DNA of 64,000 nucleotides from an uncultured Oscillibacter sp. (GTDB lineage Bacteria; Bacillota; Clostridia; Oscillospirales; Oscillospiraceae): NCBI RefSeq assembly GCF_910588175.1, contig NZ_CAJUQQ010000005.1; one strand, 5' to 3'. Shown piece by piece: positions 56,665 to 64,000 of this stretch (position 1 is its first letter; each line of letters starts with the position of its first letter). The notes under the pieces were generated by a model. It saw only the letters and a program-made list of their open reading frames with translations, ran no database searches and was not told where the DNA came from. The position numbers and the translations under genes were made by a program.

Positions 56665-57615
56665 TCAATTATTCTCCTCGTCGGCCAGGTGCAGACCCAT
56701 CATGGCCAGCTTGTTGATGACCTCCTCCAGGGACTTGCGTCCCAGGTTGCGGACCTTCATCATCTCGTCCTCGGTCTTGGAAATCAAATCCTCCACCGTG
56801 TTGATGTTGGCCCGTTTCAGGCAGTTGAAGCTCCGGACGCTGAGGTCCAGCTCCTCAATGGTCATCTCCAGCACCTTGTCCCGCTGGGCTTCCGCCTTCT
56901 CCACCACGGTGGGGCGGCTGCCGACGTTCTCACTCAGGTCGGTGAACAGCGTGAAATGGTCGCAGAGGATCTTCGCTCCCAGAGAGACGGCGTCCCGGGC
57001 GGAGATGGTGCCGTCGGTCCAGACCTCCAGCGTCAGCTTGTCGAAGTCGCTGGAAGCGCCCACACGGGTAGGCTCCACGGTATAATTCACCTTATACACC
57101 GGCGTGTAGATGGAATCCACTCCAATGGTGCCGATCACATTCTGCTGGGGCTTGTTGCGGTCGGCCGGGACGTAGCCCCGTCCATGAGACAGGGTGATCT
57201 CCATGTTCAGCGCCGCCCCGTTGTCCAGTGTGGCGATGTGCAGATCCGGGTTCAGCACTTCCACCTCGCCGTCGGCCTTAATGTCGCCGGCGGTCACCAC
57301 GCAGGGGCCCACCGCCTCGATATAGACCGTTTTCACCGTCTCGCTGTGGAGCTTGGTCAGGAGTCCCTTGATGTTCAGGACAATCTCCGTCACGTCTTCC
57401 TTCACGCCGGGGATGGTGGAAAACTCGTGCTGGACGCCGGCGATCTTGATGGTAGTCGGCGCGGTGCCGGGCAGCGAGGAGAGCATAATCCGGCGCAGGG
57501 CGTTGCCCAGCGTTGTGCCGTATCCCCGCTCCAGGGGTTCCACCACGTATTTGCCATAGGTCGCGTCACCAGGCGCTTCGATGCATTCGATCTGGGGCTT
57601 TTCGATTTCGATCAC
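56665..57615 (-). CDS. rpoA: DNA-directed RNA polymerase subunit alpha
   Basis: [31 protein letters not shown] and the C-terminal domain [15 protein letters not shown]. Confidence 0.95.
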   Translation of the reverse strand: MIEIEKPQIECIEAPGDATYGKYVVEPLERGYGTTLGNALRRIMLSSLPGTAPTTIKIAGVQHEFSTIPGVKEDVTEIVLNIKGLLTKLHSETVKTVYIEAVGPCVVTAGDIKADGEVEVLNPDLHIATLDNGAALNMEITLSHGRGYVPADRNKPQQNVIGTIGVDSIYTPVYKVNYTVEPTRVGASSDFDKLTLEVWTDGTISARDAVSLGAKILCDHFTLFTDLSENVGSRPTVVEKAEAQRDKVLEMTIEELDLSVRSFNCLKRANINTVEDLISKTEDEMMKVRNLGRKSLEEVINKLAMMGLHLADEENN

Positions 57616-57695
57616 GCAGTACCCTCCTTCATCTTCTCAACGGGCGGCGTGAGGCGCCGCCTCTGGTTCGGCTCATTCCCGAGGGTATCCTCCGC

Positions 57696-58298
57696 TTACT
57701 TGGAGTACAGCTCGACGATCAGATGCTCCTCCACGGGGATGTCGATATCCTCACGGGCGGGAAGGCGGGTAACCGTGCCCTTCAGGCCGTTCTTCTCCCG
57801 CTCCAGCCACGCGGGCAGGAGGAAGATGGGAGCGTCCTGGCCGGTGAGGCGCTTGAACACCTCGGAAGAGCGGCTGTTCTCCGCCACCTCAACCACATCG
57901 CCAGCCTTTACCTGATAAGAGGGAATGTCAACCTTTTTGCCGTTGACCGTGAAATGGCCGTGGTTCACCAGCTGACGGGCCTGGCGGCGGGTCATGGCGA
58001 AGCCCATGCGGTACACCACGTTATCCAGGCGGCGCTCCACATTGATCAGCAGGTTGTCGCCGGTCTTGCCGGGGGCGGCGGCGGCGGCCTCGTAGTAGCT
58101 GTGGAACTGCTTTTCCAGGATGCCGTAGATAAACTTGACCTTCTGCTTTTCGTTCAGCTGAATGCCGTACTCACTTTTCTTCTTCCGCATCTGGCCGCCG
58201 GGGTTCCGGTTGGTCTCCTTTTTGGCGTAGCCCATGACGGCGGGAGAGATGCCCAAAGCCTTGCAGCGCTTGGCGATGGGCTGCATATTCCTTGCCAT
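57696..58298 (-). CDS. rpsD: 30S ribosomal protein S4
   Basis: [16 protein letters not shown]...[12 protein letters not shown]...RLDNVVYR. Confidence 0.95.
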   Translation of the reverse strand: MARNMQPIAKRCKALGISPAVMGYAKKETNRNPGGQMRKKKSEYGIQLNEKQKVKFIYGILEKQFHSYYEAAAAAPGKTGDNLLINVERRLDNVVYRMGFAMTRRQARQLVNHGHFTVNGKKVDIPSYQVKAGDVVEVAENSRSSEVFKRLTGQDAPIFLLPAWLEREKNGLKGTVTRLPAREDIDIPVEEHLIVELYSK

Positions 58299-58322
58299 AT
58301 TGCTTCTTACCTCCTCTTTCGA

Positions 58323-58727
58323 TCAGACGCGGCGGCGCTTCGGGGGACGGCAGCCGTTGTGGGGGATGGGGGTGACATCCTTGATCATCGTCACTTCCAG
58401 ACCCACGGCCTGCAGCGCCCGGATGGCGGCCTCGCGGCCCTGGCCGGGACCCTTGACGAACACTTCCACGGTCTTCAGTCCGTGCTCCATGGCGGCGCGG
58501 GCGGCGGTCTCCGCCGCGGTCTGGGCCGCGAAGGGGGTGGACTTCTTGCTGCCCCGGAAGCCGAGGCCGCCGGAGGAGGCCCAGGAAATGGCGTTGCCCT
58601 GGGCGTCGGTGACGGTCACCATGGTGTTGTTGAAGGAAGAACGGATATGGACCTGGCCACGTTCAATGTTCTTCCGTTCACGGCGGCGGCGGATAACCTT
58701 CTTGCCGCCGGATTTCGTTGCTGCCAT
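58323..58727 (-). CDS. rpsK: 30S ribosomal protein S11
   Basis: [43 protein letters not shown]. Confidence 0.95.
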   Translation of the reverse strand: MAATKSGGKKVIRRRRERKNIERGQVHIRSSFNNTMVTVTDAQGNAISWASSGGLGFRGSKKSTPFAAQTAAETAARAAMEHGLKTVEVFVKGPGQGREAAIRALQAVGLEVTMIKDVTPIPHNGCRPPKRRRV

Positions 58728-58742
58728 ATTCTTTCTCCCTCC

Positions 58743-59108
58743 TTACTTCTTCTTGTTGGCGATGGTCTTCTTGGGTCCTTTGCGGGTGCGGGCGTTGGTT
58801 TTGCTGCGCTGGCCCCGGACGGGCAGACCCTTGCGGTGGCGCAGGCCGCGATAGCAGCCGATTTCGCTGAGCCGCTTGATGTCCAGGGCGGTCTGCCGCC
58901 GGAGGTCGCCCTCGACGGTGTAGTCGTCAATGGCGTCGCGGAGCTTCTGCTCGTCGGCGTCGGTCAGGTCCTTCACCCGGATGTCGGGGTTTACGCCGGA
59001 CTTCGCCAGGATGTCTTTGGCGCTCTTGCGCCCAATGCCGTAGATATAGGTGAGGCCGATTTCGATACGTTTATCCTTCGGCAGGTCAATACCGGCAATA
59101 CGTGCCAT
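58743..59108 (-). CDS. rpsM: 30S ribosomal protein S13
   Basis: [26 protein letters not shown]. Confidence 0.95.
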   Translation of the reverse strand: MARIAGIDLPKDKRIEIGLTYIYGIGRKSAKDILAKSGVNPDIRVKDLTDADEQKLRDAIDDYTVEGDLRRQTALDIKRLSEIGCYRGLRHRKGLPVRGQRSKTNARTRKGPKKTIANKKK

Positions 59109-59136
59109 ACTGTTAAAGCACCTCCAATTTCAATTC

Positions 59137-59268
<132 letters not shown>

Positions 59269-59291
59269 TCAGCGGTTTACGTCGTTTGATG

Positions 59292-59510
59292 TCATTTGCT
59301 GCGCCAGGTGATCCGGCCCCGGGTCAGATCATACGGGGACATCTCCACCGTGACCTTGTCGCCGGGCAGAATCCTGATGAAATTCATCCTGAGTTTCCCG
59401 GAAATATGCGCCAGAATCATGTGCCCATTTCCAATGTCAACCTGGAACGTCGTGTTGGGCAGGGCTTCCACCACAACACCTTCCACTTCGATCATATCGG
59501 ATTTTGCCAA
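59292..59510 (-). CDS. infA: translation initiation factor IF-1
   Basis: [24 protein letters not shown]...[33 protein letters not shown]. Confidence 0.95.
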   Translation of the reverse strand: MAKSDMIEVEGVVVEALPNTTFQVDIGNGHMILAHISGKLRMNFIRILPGDKVTVEMSPYDLTRGRITWRSK

Positions 59511-59513
59511 ACG

Positions 59514-59798
59514 TTATCCCTCCTGGTCCGGCTGGACCACCTCGCGGCAGGCCGCGAGGGTCCTGCGAAGCTCACTGTTGGTGATCTTCTCCTCGCTTTT
59601 GATCTTTTCGGCGAGGCGGGTCTCCTCCGCCGAGACGAAGAGCACATGCCTGCGCTTCTTCCGCTTGGGGGATTCCACCTTTCTCGATTTTCCGTCCGCC
59701 AGCAGGAGGTACTCTCCCTCCACCGCCAGCACGACAAAGAGCTTGCCCTTGTCGCGGCCCGCGTTGGAGCGGACGATGTTTGATCTCGCAATCTCCAT
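59514..59798 (-). CDS. KOW-domain RNA-binding protein (between map and infA)
   Basis: IVRSNAGRDKGKLFVVL is KOW-like. This position is conserved in Clostridia. Start at ATG 59798 is preferred over GTG 59810. Confidence 0.7.
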   Translation of the reverse strand: MEIARSNIVRSNAGRDKGKLFVVLAVEGEYLLLADGKSRKVESPKRKKRRHVLFVSAEETRLAEKIKSEEKITNSELRRTLAACREVVQPDQEG

Positions 59799-59816
59799 GC
59801 GTTTTCTCACCTGTTG

Positions 59817-60569
59817 TCAAATGGCGGGAGCCGTCAAAATCTCCGGCTCGCCATCGGTAATCAGGATCGTGTTTTCATAGTGGGCCGCCCACTTTCCGTC
59901 GGCGGTCTTCACCGTCCAGCCGTCGCTGAGCTGGGTAATCGCGGCGGAACCGGCGTTGACCATGGGTTCGACGGCCAGGGTCATTCCCCGGAGAAGCCGG
60001 GGCCCGTGGCCCGGACGGCCGAAGTTGGGAATCTCCGGCGATTCGTGCATCTTGGCCCCCACGCCGTGGCCCACATATTCCCGGACCACGGAGAAGCCAT
60101 TCCGCTCCACATAGGATTGAACCGCCGCGGAGATGTCCTGAAGACGCTGTCCCTCCCGGGCGAAGCGGATTCCCTCAAAGAAGCTCTGCCTGGTCACGTC
60201 GATCAGGCGCCGGGCCTCCGGGGAAATCCTTCCGCAGGGGAACGTTGCCGCGCAGTCTCCATGGAAGCCCCCGATGTACGCGCCCACATCCACGCTGACG
60301 ATATCGCCCTCCCGCAAGACCCGTTTGCCGGGGATGCCGTGGATGATTTCGTCGTTGACGCTGATACAAGCGCTGGCGGGATAGCCGTTGTAGTGGAGAA
60401 AGGACGGGACCGCCCCCTGTCCGCGGATAAACCGCTCCACCGCGTCGTTGATCTCCTGGGTTGTCACGCCGGGCTTTACCATTTCCCCTGCCAAGGCACG
60501 GGCAGCCGCGGTAATCTTTCCACTCCGGCGCATCAAGTCGATCTCGTGGGGGGATTTCAGGGTAATCAT
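59817..60569 (-). CDS. map: type I methionine aminopeptidase
   Basis: ITLKSPHEIDLMRRSG...HGIPG...VSVDVGAY..GFHGD...GHGVG. Confidence 0.95.
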   Translation of the reverse strand: MITLKSPHEIDLMRRSGKITAAARALAGEMVKPGVTTQEINDAVERFIRGQGAVPSFLHYNGYPASACISVNDEIIHGIPGKRVLREGDIVSVDVGAYIGGFHGDCAATFPCGRISPEARRLIDVTRQSFFEGIRFAREGQRLQDISAAVQSYVERNGFSVVREYVGHGVGAKMHESPEIPNFGRPGHGPRLLRGMTLAVEPMVNAGSAAITQLSDGWTVKTADGKWAAHYENTILITDGEPEILTAPAI

Positions 60570-60573
60570 CCCA

Positions 60574-61206
60574 TCATCTCCCCAGAACGCGGAGGATCGC
60601 CTGGGAAACGGCTTCCACCGTCGGCTGGTTCTCCACCGTCTTCAGCAGGCCCCGCTCCGCGTAGAACGCCTTGAGGGGCTCCGTCTCCTTATGATAGACC
60701 TCAAGCCGGGATTTCACCGTCTCGGGGGCATCATCTTTCCGCTGGATCAGCTTCCCGCCGCACTTGTCGCAGACGCCCTCGGTCTTCGGGGGCACGGCCG
60801 CCACATGGTAGCTGGCGCCGCAGCTCTCGCAGACCCGGCGGCCGCTCATGCGCTCGCAGATCGCCTCGTCGCTGACCTCCAGAGAGACCACGCTGTCAAA
60901 GACGATCCCGGCCTTCTCCAGAGCCTCGGCCTGGGCGATGGTGCGGGGCACCCCGTCCAGAATGTAGCCCTTGGCGCAGTCCGGCTCCTCCAGCCGCTCG
61001 GAGATGATGCCGATGATCACCTCATCGGGCACCAGCTGCCCCGCGTCCATAAAGGCCTTGGCCTTCAGGCCCGTGGGGGTGCCGTTTTTCACGGCGGCGC
61101 GGAGGATGTTGCCGGTGGAGATGGTGGGAATGTCCAGCTTTTCACACAGGATGTCGGCCTGTGTTCCCTTTCCGGCGCCCGGGGCGCCCAACAGGATCAA
61201 TTTCAT
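60574..61206 (-). CDS. adk: adenylate kinase
   Basis: [17 protein letters not shown] and the Zn lid CESCGASYH...CDKCGG. Start at 61206, not the track start at 61269. Confidence 0.95.
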   Translation of the reverse strand: MKLILLGAPGAGKGTQADILCEKLDIPTISTGNILRAAVKNGTPTGLKAKAFMDAGQLVPDEVIIGIISERLEEPDCAKGYILDGVPRTIAQAEALEKAGIVFDSVVSLEVSDEAICERMSGRRVCESCGASYHVAAVPPKTEGVCDKCGGKLIQRKDDAPETVKSRLEVYHKETEPLKAFYAERGLLKTVENQPTVEAVSQAILRVLGR

Positions 61207-61276
61207 AAAACGCCTCCTGTATTCCGGGGGCGGGCGGAGCTCTGAGCCCCGCCCGGCGCCGGCACTCAATCGCTGC

Positions 61277-62653
61277 TTATTCCAGGAAGCCCTTGTACTG
61301 ACGCATCAGCATTTGGGATTCCAGGGCCTTGACCGTTTCCAGCGCCACGCCCACCACGATGATGACGGAGGTGCCGCCGATGGCCACGGAGTTGTTGCCA
61401 ATCAGCCGGCCCACAATCAGGGGGCAGATGGCCACGATGCCGAGATAGATCGCGCCGAAGAGGGTGATCTTATTCAGCACCTTGCGGATGAAGTCCACCG
61501 TGGGCTTGCCGGGACGGAAGCCGGGGATGAAGCCCCCCTGCTTCTTCATGTTGTTGGCGATTTCCACGGGGTTGAACTGAATGCTGGAGTAGAAATAGGC
61601 AAAGCCGATGATGAGGATGAAATAGACCACCATATACATCACCGACTTCGTGTCGATGGCGTCATAGATGCTGCGGGACACGGTGCCCTCGGCGGGAATG
61701 CCCACGAAGCTCCAGATGGTAATCGGCAAAGAGGCGATGCTCTGGGCGAAGATGACGGGCAGAACGCCGGCCATGCTCACCTTCATGGGCAGGTTGCTGC
61801 TCTGGCCGCCGTACATCTTCCGGCCCACCTGACGCTTGGCGTACTGCACGGGAATGCGGCGCTCGGCGTCGTTGATGAACACGATGAAGGCGATCAGGGC
61901 CAGGCCGCCCACCAGGAGCAGAACCACCGCCCAGGGAGCCATCGCGCTGCCGAGAACCTGCTCGGCCTGCTCGGTGGTGTAGCCCGCCTGGGTCAGGGTC
62001 TCCATGGTCATGGAGCCGTTGCTGACGGCGGACCAGCGGCTCACGCCCTGGACCATGCTGGAAACCATGCTGGGGACCCGGGAGACGATGCCCGCGAAGA
62101 GGATGATGGAGATGCCGTTGCCCACGCCGAACTCAGTGACCTGCTCGCCCATCCACATCACGAAGGAGGAACCGGCGATGAAGGACACGATGATCACCAG
62201 GGCGGGCCAAATTCCATCGGCCCCGGGGGCCAGGATGCCGTAGCGGTCCATCATGAAGTAATAGCCCACGGCCTGGAGAATGGCGATGGCCACGGTGGTG
62301 TAGCGGGTGATGGACTGGATCTTCTTCCGGCCCTCCTCGCCGCCGTCCTTGGCCAGCTGCTCCAGATAGGGGATGGCCACGGTGAGCAGCTGGATGATGA
62401 TGGAGCTGTTGATATAGGGCTGGATGCTCAGGGCGAAGACCGTGGCGGTGGCGAAGGCGCCGCCGCTCATCACGTTGTACAGCCCCAGGATGGTGGCGCC
62501 CATGCCCTTCAGCTGGGCTTCCAGCTGGGCCACGTCGATATAGGGGACCGTGATGGCGTTGCCGATCCGGAAAATCAGCAGGATCAGCAGAGTGAATACC
62601 AGCTTCTTTTTCAGTTCCGGGATTGCCCAAGCTTTGCGAATCGTTTGGATCAC
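61277..62653 (-). CDS. secY: preprotein translocase subunit SecY
   Basis: A 458-aa polytopic protein. Motifs [25 protein letters not shown] and [13 protein letters not shown]. Confidence 0.95.
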   Translation of the reverse strand: MIQTIRKAWAIPELKKKLVFTLLILLIFRIGNAITVPYIDVAQLEAQLKGMGATILGLYNVMSGGAFATATVFALSIQPYINSSIIIQLLTVAIPYLEQLAKDGGEEGRKKIQSITRYTTVAIAILQAVGYYFMMDRYGILAPGADGIWPALVIIVSFIAGSSFVMWMGEQVTEFGVGNGISIILFAGIVSRVPSMVSSMVQGVSRWSAVSNGSMTMETLTQAGYTTEQAEQVLGSAMAPWAVVLLLVGGLALIAFIVFINDAERRIPVQYAKRQVGRKMYGGQSSNLPMKVSMAGVLPVIFAQSIASLPITIWSFVGIPAEGTVSRSIYDAIDTKSVMYMVVYFILIIGFAYFYSSIQFNPVEIANNMKKQGGFIPGFRPGKPTVDFIRKVLNKITLFGAIYLGIVAICPLIVGRLIGNNSVAIGGTSVIIVVGVALETVKALESQMLMRQYKGFLE

Positions 62654-62654
62654 G

Positions 62655-63095
62655 TTACTTCACCTCCGCCTTTCCGCCGGCTGCCTCGATGGCCTCCTTG
62701 GCAGACGCGGAGAAGGCATTCGCCTTGACAGTGACCTTTTTGGTGAGCTTGCCGTTGCCCAGGACCTTGAAGCCGTACTCGCATTTGCTGAGGACGCCCT
62801 TTTCCAGCAGCGCCTCGGCGGTGACGGTGTCCCCGTCGTTAAACGCGTTCAGGGCGCTGAGGTTCACAACCTCCAACGGCTTGGCGAAGATGTTGTTGAA
62901 GCCGCGCTTGGGGACCCGGCGGGCCAGAGGCATCTGGCCGCCTTCGAAGCCCACGCGGACCTTGCCGCCGGAGCGGGCCTTCTGGCCCTTGTGGCCCCGG
63001 CCGCCGGTCTTTCCGTTGCCGGAGCCGGCGCCCCGGCCCTTGCGGTAAGCCTCACGGACGGACCCAGCGGCGGGAGACAGTTCGCTTAATTTCAT
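62655..63095 (-). CDS. rplO: 50S ribosomal protein L15
   Basis: [12 protein letters not shown]...[13 protein letters not shown]. Start at 63095. Confidence 0.95.
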   Translation of the reverse strand: MKLSELSPAAGSVREAYRKGRGAGSGNGKTGGRGHKGQKARSGGKVRVGFEGGQMPLARRVPKRGFNNIFAKPLEVVNLSALNAFNDGDTVTAEALLEKGVLSKCEYGFKVLGNGKLTKKVTVKANAFSASAKEAIEAAGGKAEVK

Positions 63096-63108
63096 GATTG
63101 GCGCCTCC

Positions 63109-63291
63109 TTACTTCTCTTCGGTAACTTGCAGCAGATAGCCGATCTTCGCCACTTTTCCGCGGGTGGGATCGTTGTCGGGCTGCACGGTAACGTCACCGA
63201 TCTTGCGCAGACCCAGGGAATGCGCGGTGGCGACCTGCTTTTCCAGGCGGCCGTTCAGGCTCTTGACGAGCTCAATCCTTAAGTTTGCCAT
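63109..63291 (-). CDS. rpmD: 50S ribosomal protein L30
   Basis: [33 protein letters not shown], 60 aa. Start at 63291. Confidence 0.9.
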   Translation of the reverse strand: MANLRIELVKSLNGRLEKQVATAHSLGLRKIGDVTVQPDNDPTRGKVAKIGYLLQVTEEK

Positions 63292-63304
63292 ATTTTGCGC
63301 CTCC

Positions 63305-63805
63305 TTAACCCACGATGTCTTCGACGCTCTTCCCGCGGATGCGGGCGACCTCCTCGGGACCGCGCATGCTCTTGAGTCCCTGGAAGGCGGCGGCGACGAC
63401 GTTGTTGGGGTTGTTGGACCGGAGGCTCTTGGCACGGATGTCCTTGATGCCCGCGGCCTCCACGACGGCGCGGACCGCGCCGCCGGCGATGACGCCGGTA
63501 CCGGGGGCGGCGGGCTTCATCAGCACCCGGCCCGCGCCGGCTTCCCCGATGGTCTCATGGGGCAGGGTGGTGCCCGCCAGAGTGACGGTGATCATATTTT
63601 TCTTGGCGGCCTCGATGCCCTTGCGGATGGCCTCGGGAACTTCGGCGGCCTTGCCCAGGCCATAGCCGACCTTGCCCTTGCCGTCGCCCACGACCACCAG
63701 GGCGGAGAACTTCATGACCCGGCCGCCCTTCACGGTTTTGGAAACGCGGTTCAGGTACACGACTTTCTCGATATACTCGCTCTGCTCTCTCTCAAATCTA
63801 GGCAT
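63305..63805 (-). CDS. rpsE: 30S ribosomal protein S5
   Basis: [43 protein letters not shown]. Confidence 0.95.
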   Translation of the reverse strand: MPRFEREQSEYIEKVVYLNRVSKTVKGGRVMKFSALVVVGDGKGKVGYGLGKAAEVPEAIRKGIEAAKKNMITVTLAGTTLPHETIGEAGAGRVLMKPAAPGTGVIAGGAVRAVVEAAGIKDIRAKSLRSNNPNNVVAAAFQGLKSMRGPEEVARIRGKSVEDIVG

Positions 63806-63821
63806 TGAATGTTCCTCCCTC

Positions 63822-64000
63822 CTTAGAACTGCAGGCCGCCCTCACGGGCGCCCTCGGCCAAAGCCTTCACGCGGCCGTGATACAGGTAGCCGCCGCGGTC
63901 AAAGACCACGGTCTCGATACCCTTGGCCTTGGCCCGCTCGGCCACGAGCTTGCCGACCGCCGTGGCGGCGGCGACGTTGCCGCCGTAACCCTCCACGGCC
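63822..64000 (-). CDS. rplR: 50S ribosomal protein L18 (C-terminal part; the 5' end lies beyond the window end)
   Basis: Hand translation ends ...[20 protein letters not shown], with the stop at 63822-63824. Confidence 0.85.

Overview
This is a high-GC chromosomal window of Firmicutes/Clostridia type. Supporting evidence: spoVT, a SpoVK-like AAA protein, yaaT/holB, a T-box leader, PFOR, type III glutamine synthetase and the spc/alpha ribosomal cluster. LEFT (1-17.6 kb, minus strand): flagellin fliC has a sigma-D/sigma-28 promoter and a CsrA-type leader. It is followed on the same strand by about 15.6 kb of tightly packed, mostly start/stop-overlapping glycan-modification genes. These are three GT2 glycosyltransferases, RfbF, an FkbM methyltransferase, a TylF-like methyltransferase broken by a 13-bp tandem duplication, and two radical-SAM enzymes. 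They also include a phosphonate module (nucleotidyltransferase/cytidylyltransferase/PEP-mutase fusion, phosphonopyruvate decarboxylase, Fe-ADH), a CysC-like kinase and a 670-aa unknown protein. I consider this predicted phosphonate-decorating flagellin island the best candidate for an undescribed system. MIDDLE: spoVT, T-box(Asn)-asnB, glnN, a 382-aa unknown protein behind a second sigma-28-type promoter, yaaT-holB, asparaginase and gap. Next come a par/Fst-like type I toxin-antitoxin locus (31-aa ORF, absent from the ORF track), SRP RNA, dnaX-ybaB, a DUF4127-like lipoprotein, ApbE/NusG_II/Gx-transporter, a SpoVK-like AAA protein, an S41 peptidase and PFOR. RIGHT: an XRE regulator, ComM/YifB, two tRNA-Ser genes, a low-GC GNAT gene, rpoB-rpoC, a polysaccharide deacetylase, and the L18-S5-L30-L15-secY-adk-map-KOW-infA-L36-S13-S11-S4-rpoA-L17 cluster. 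Non-coding highlights: (1) two copies of a 162-bp MITE-like element, identical by eye and in inverted orientation, each sit inside a rho-independent terminator with the whole hairpin duplicated on both sides (27-31 bp). (2) A REP-like structured element is present downstream of fliC, nifJ and the tRNA-Ser pair. The many long antisense ORFs in the track are high-GC shadow ORFs. All family assignments rest on motif recognition by eye; no database search was run.
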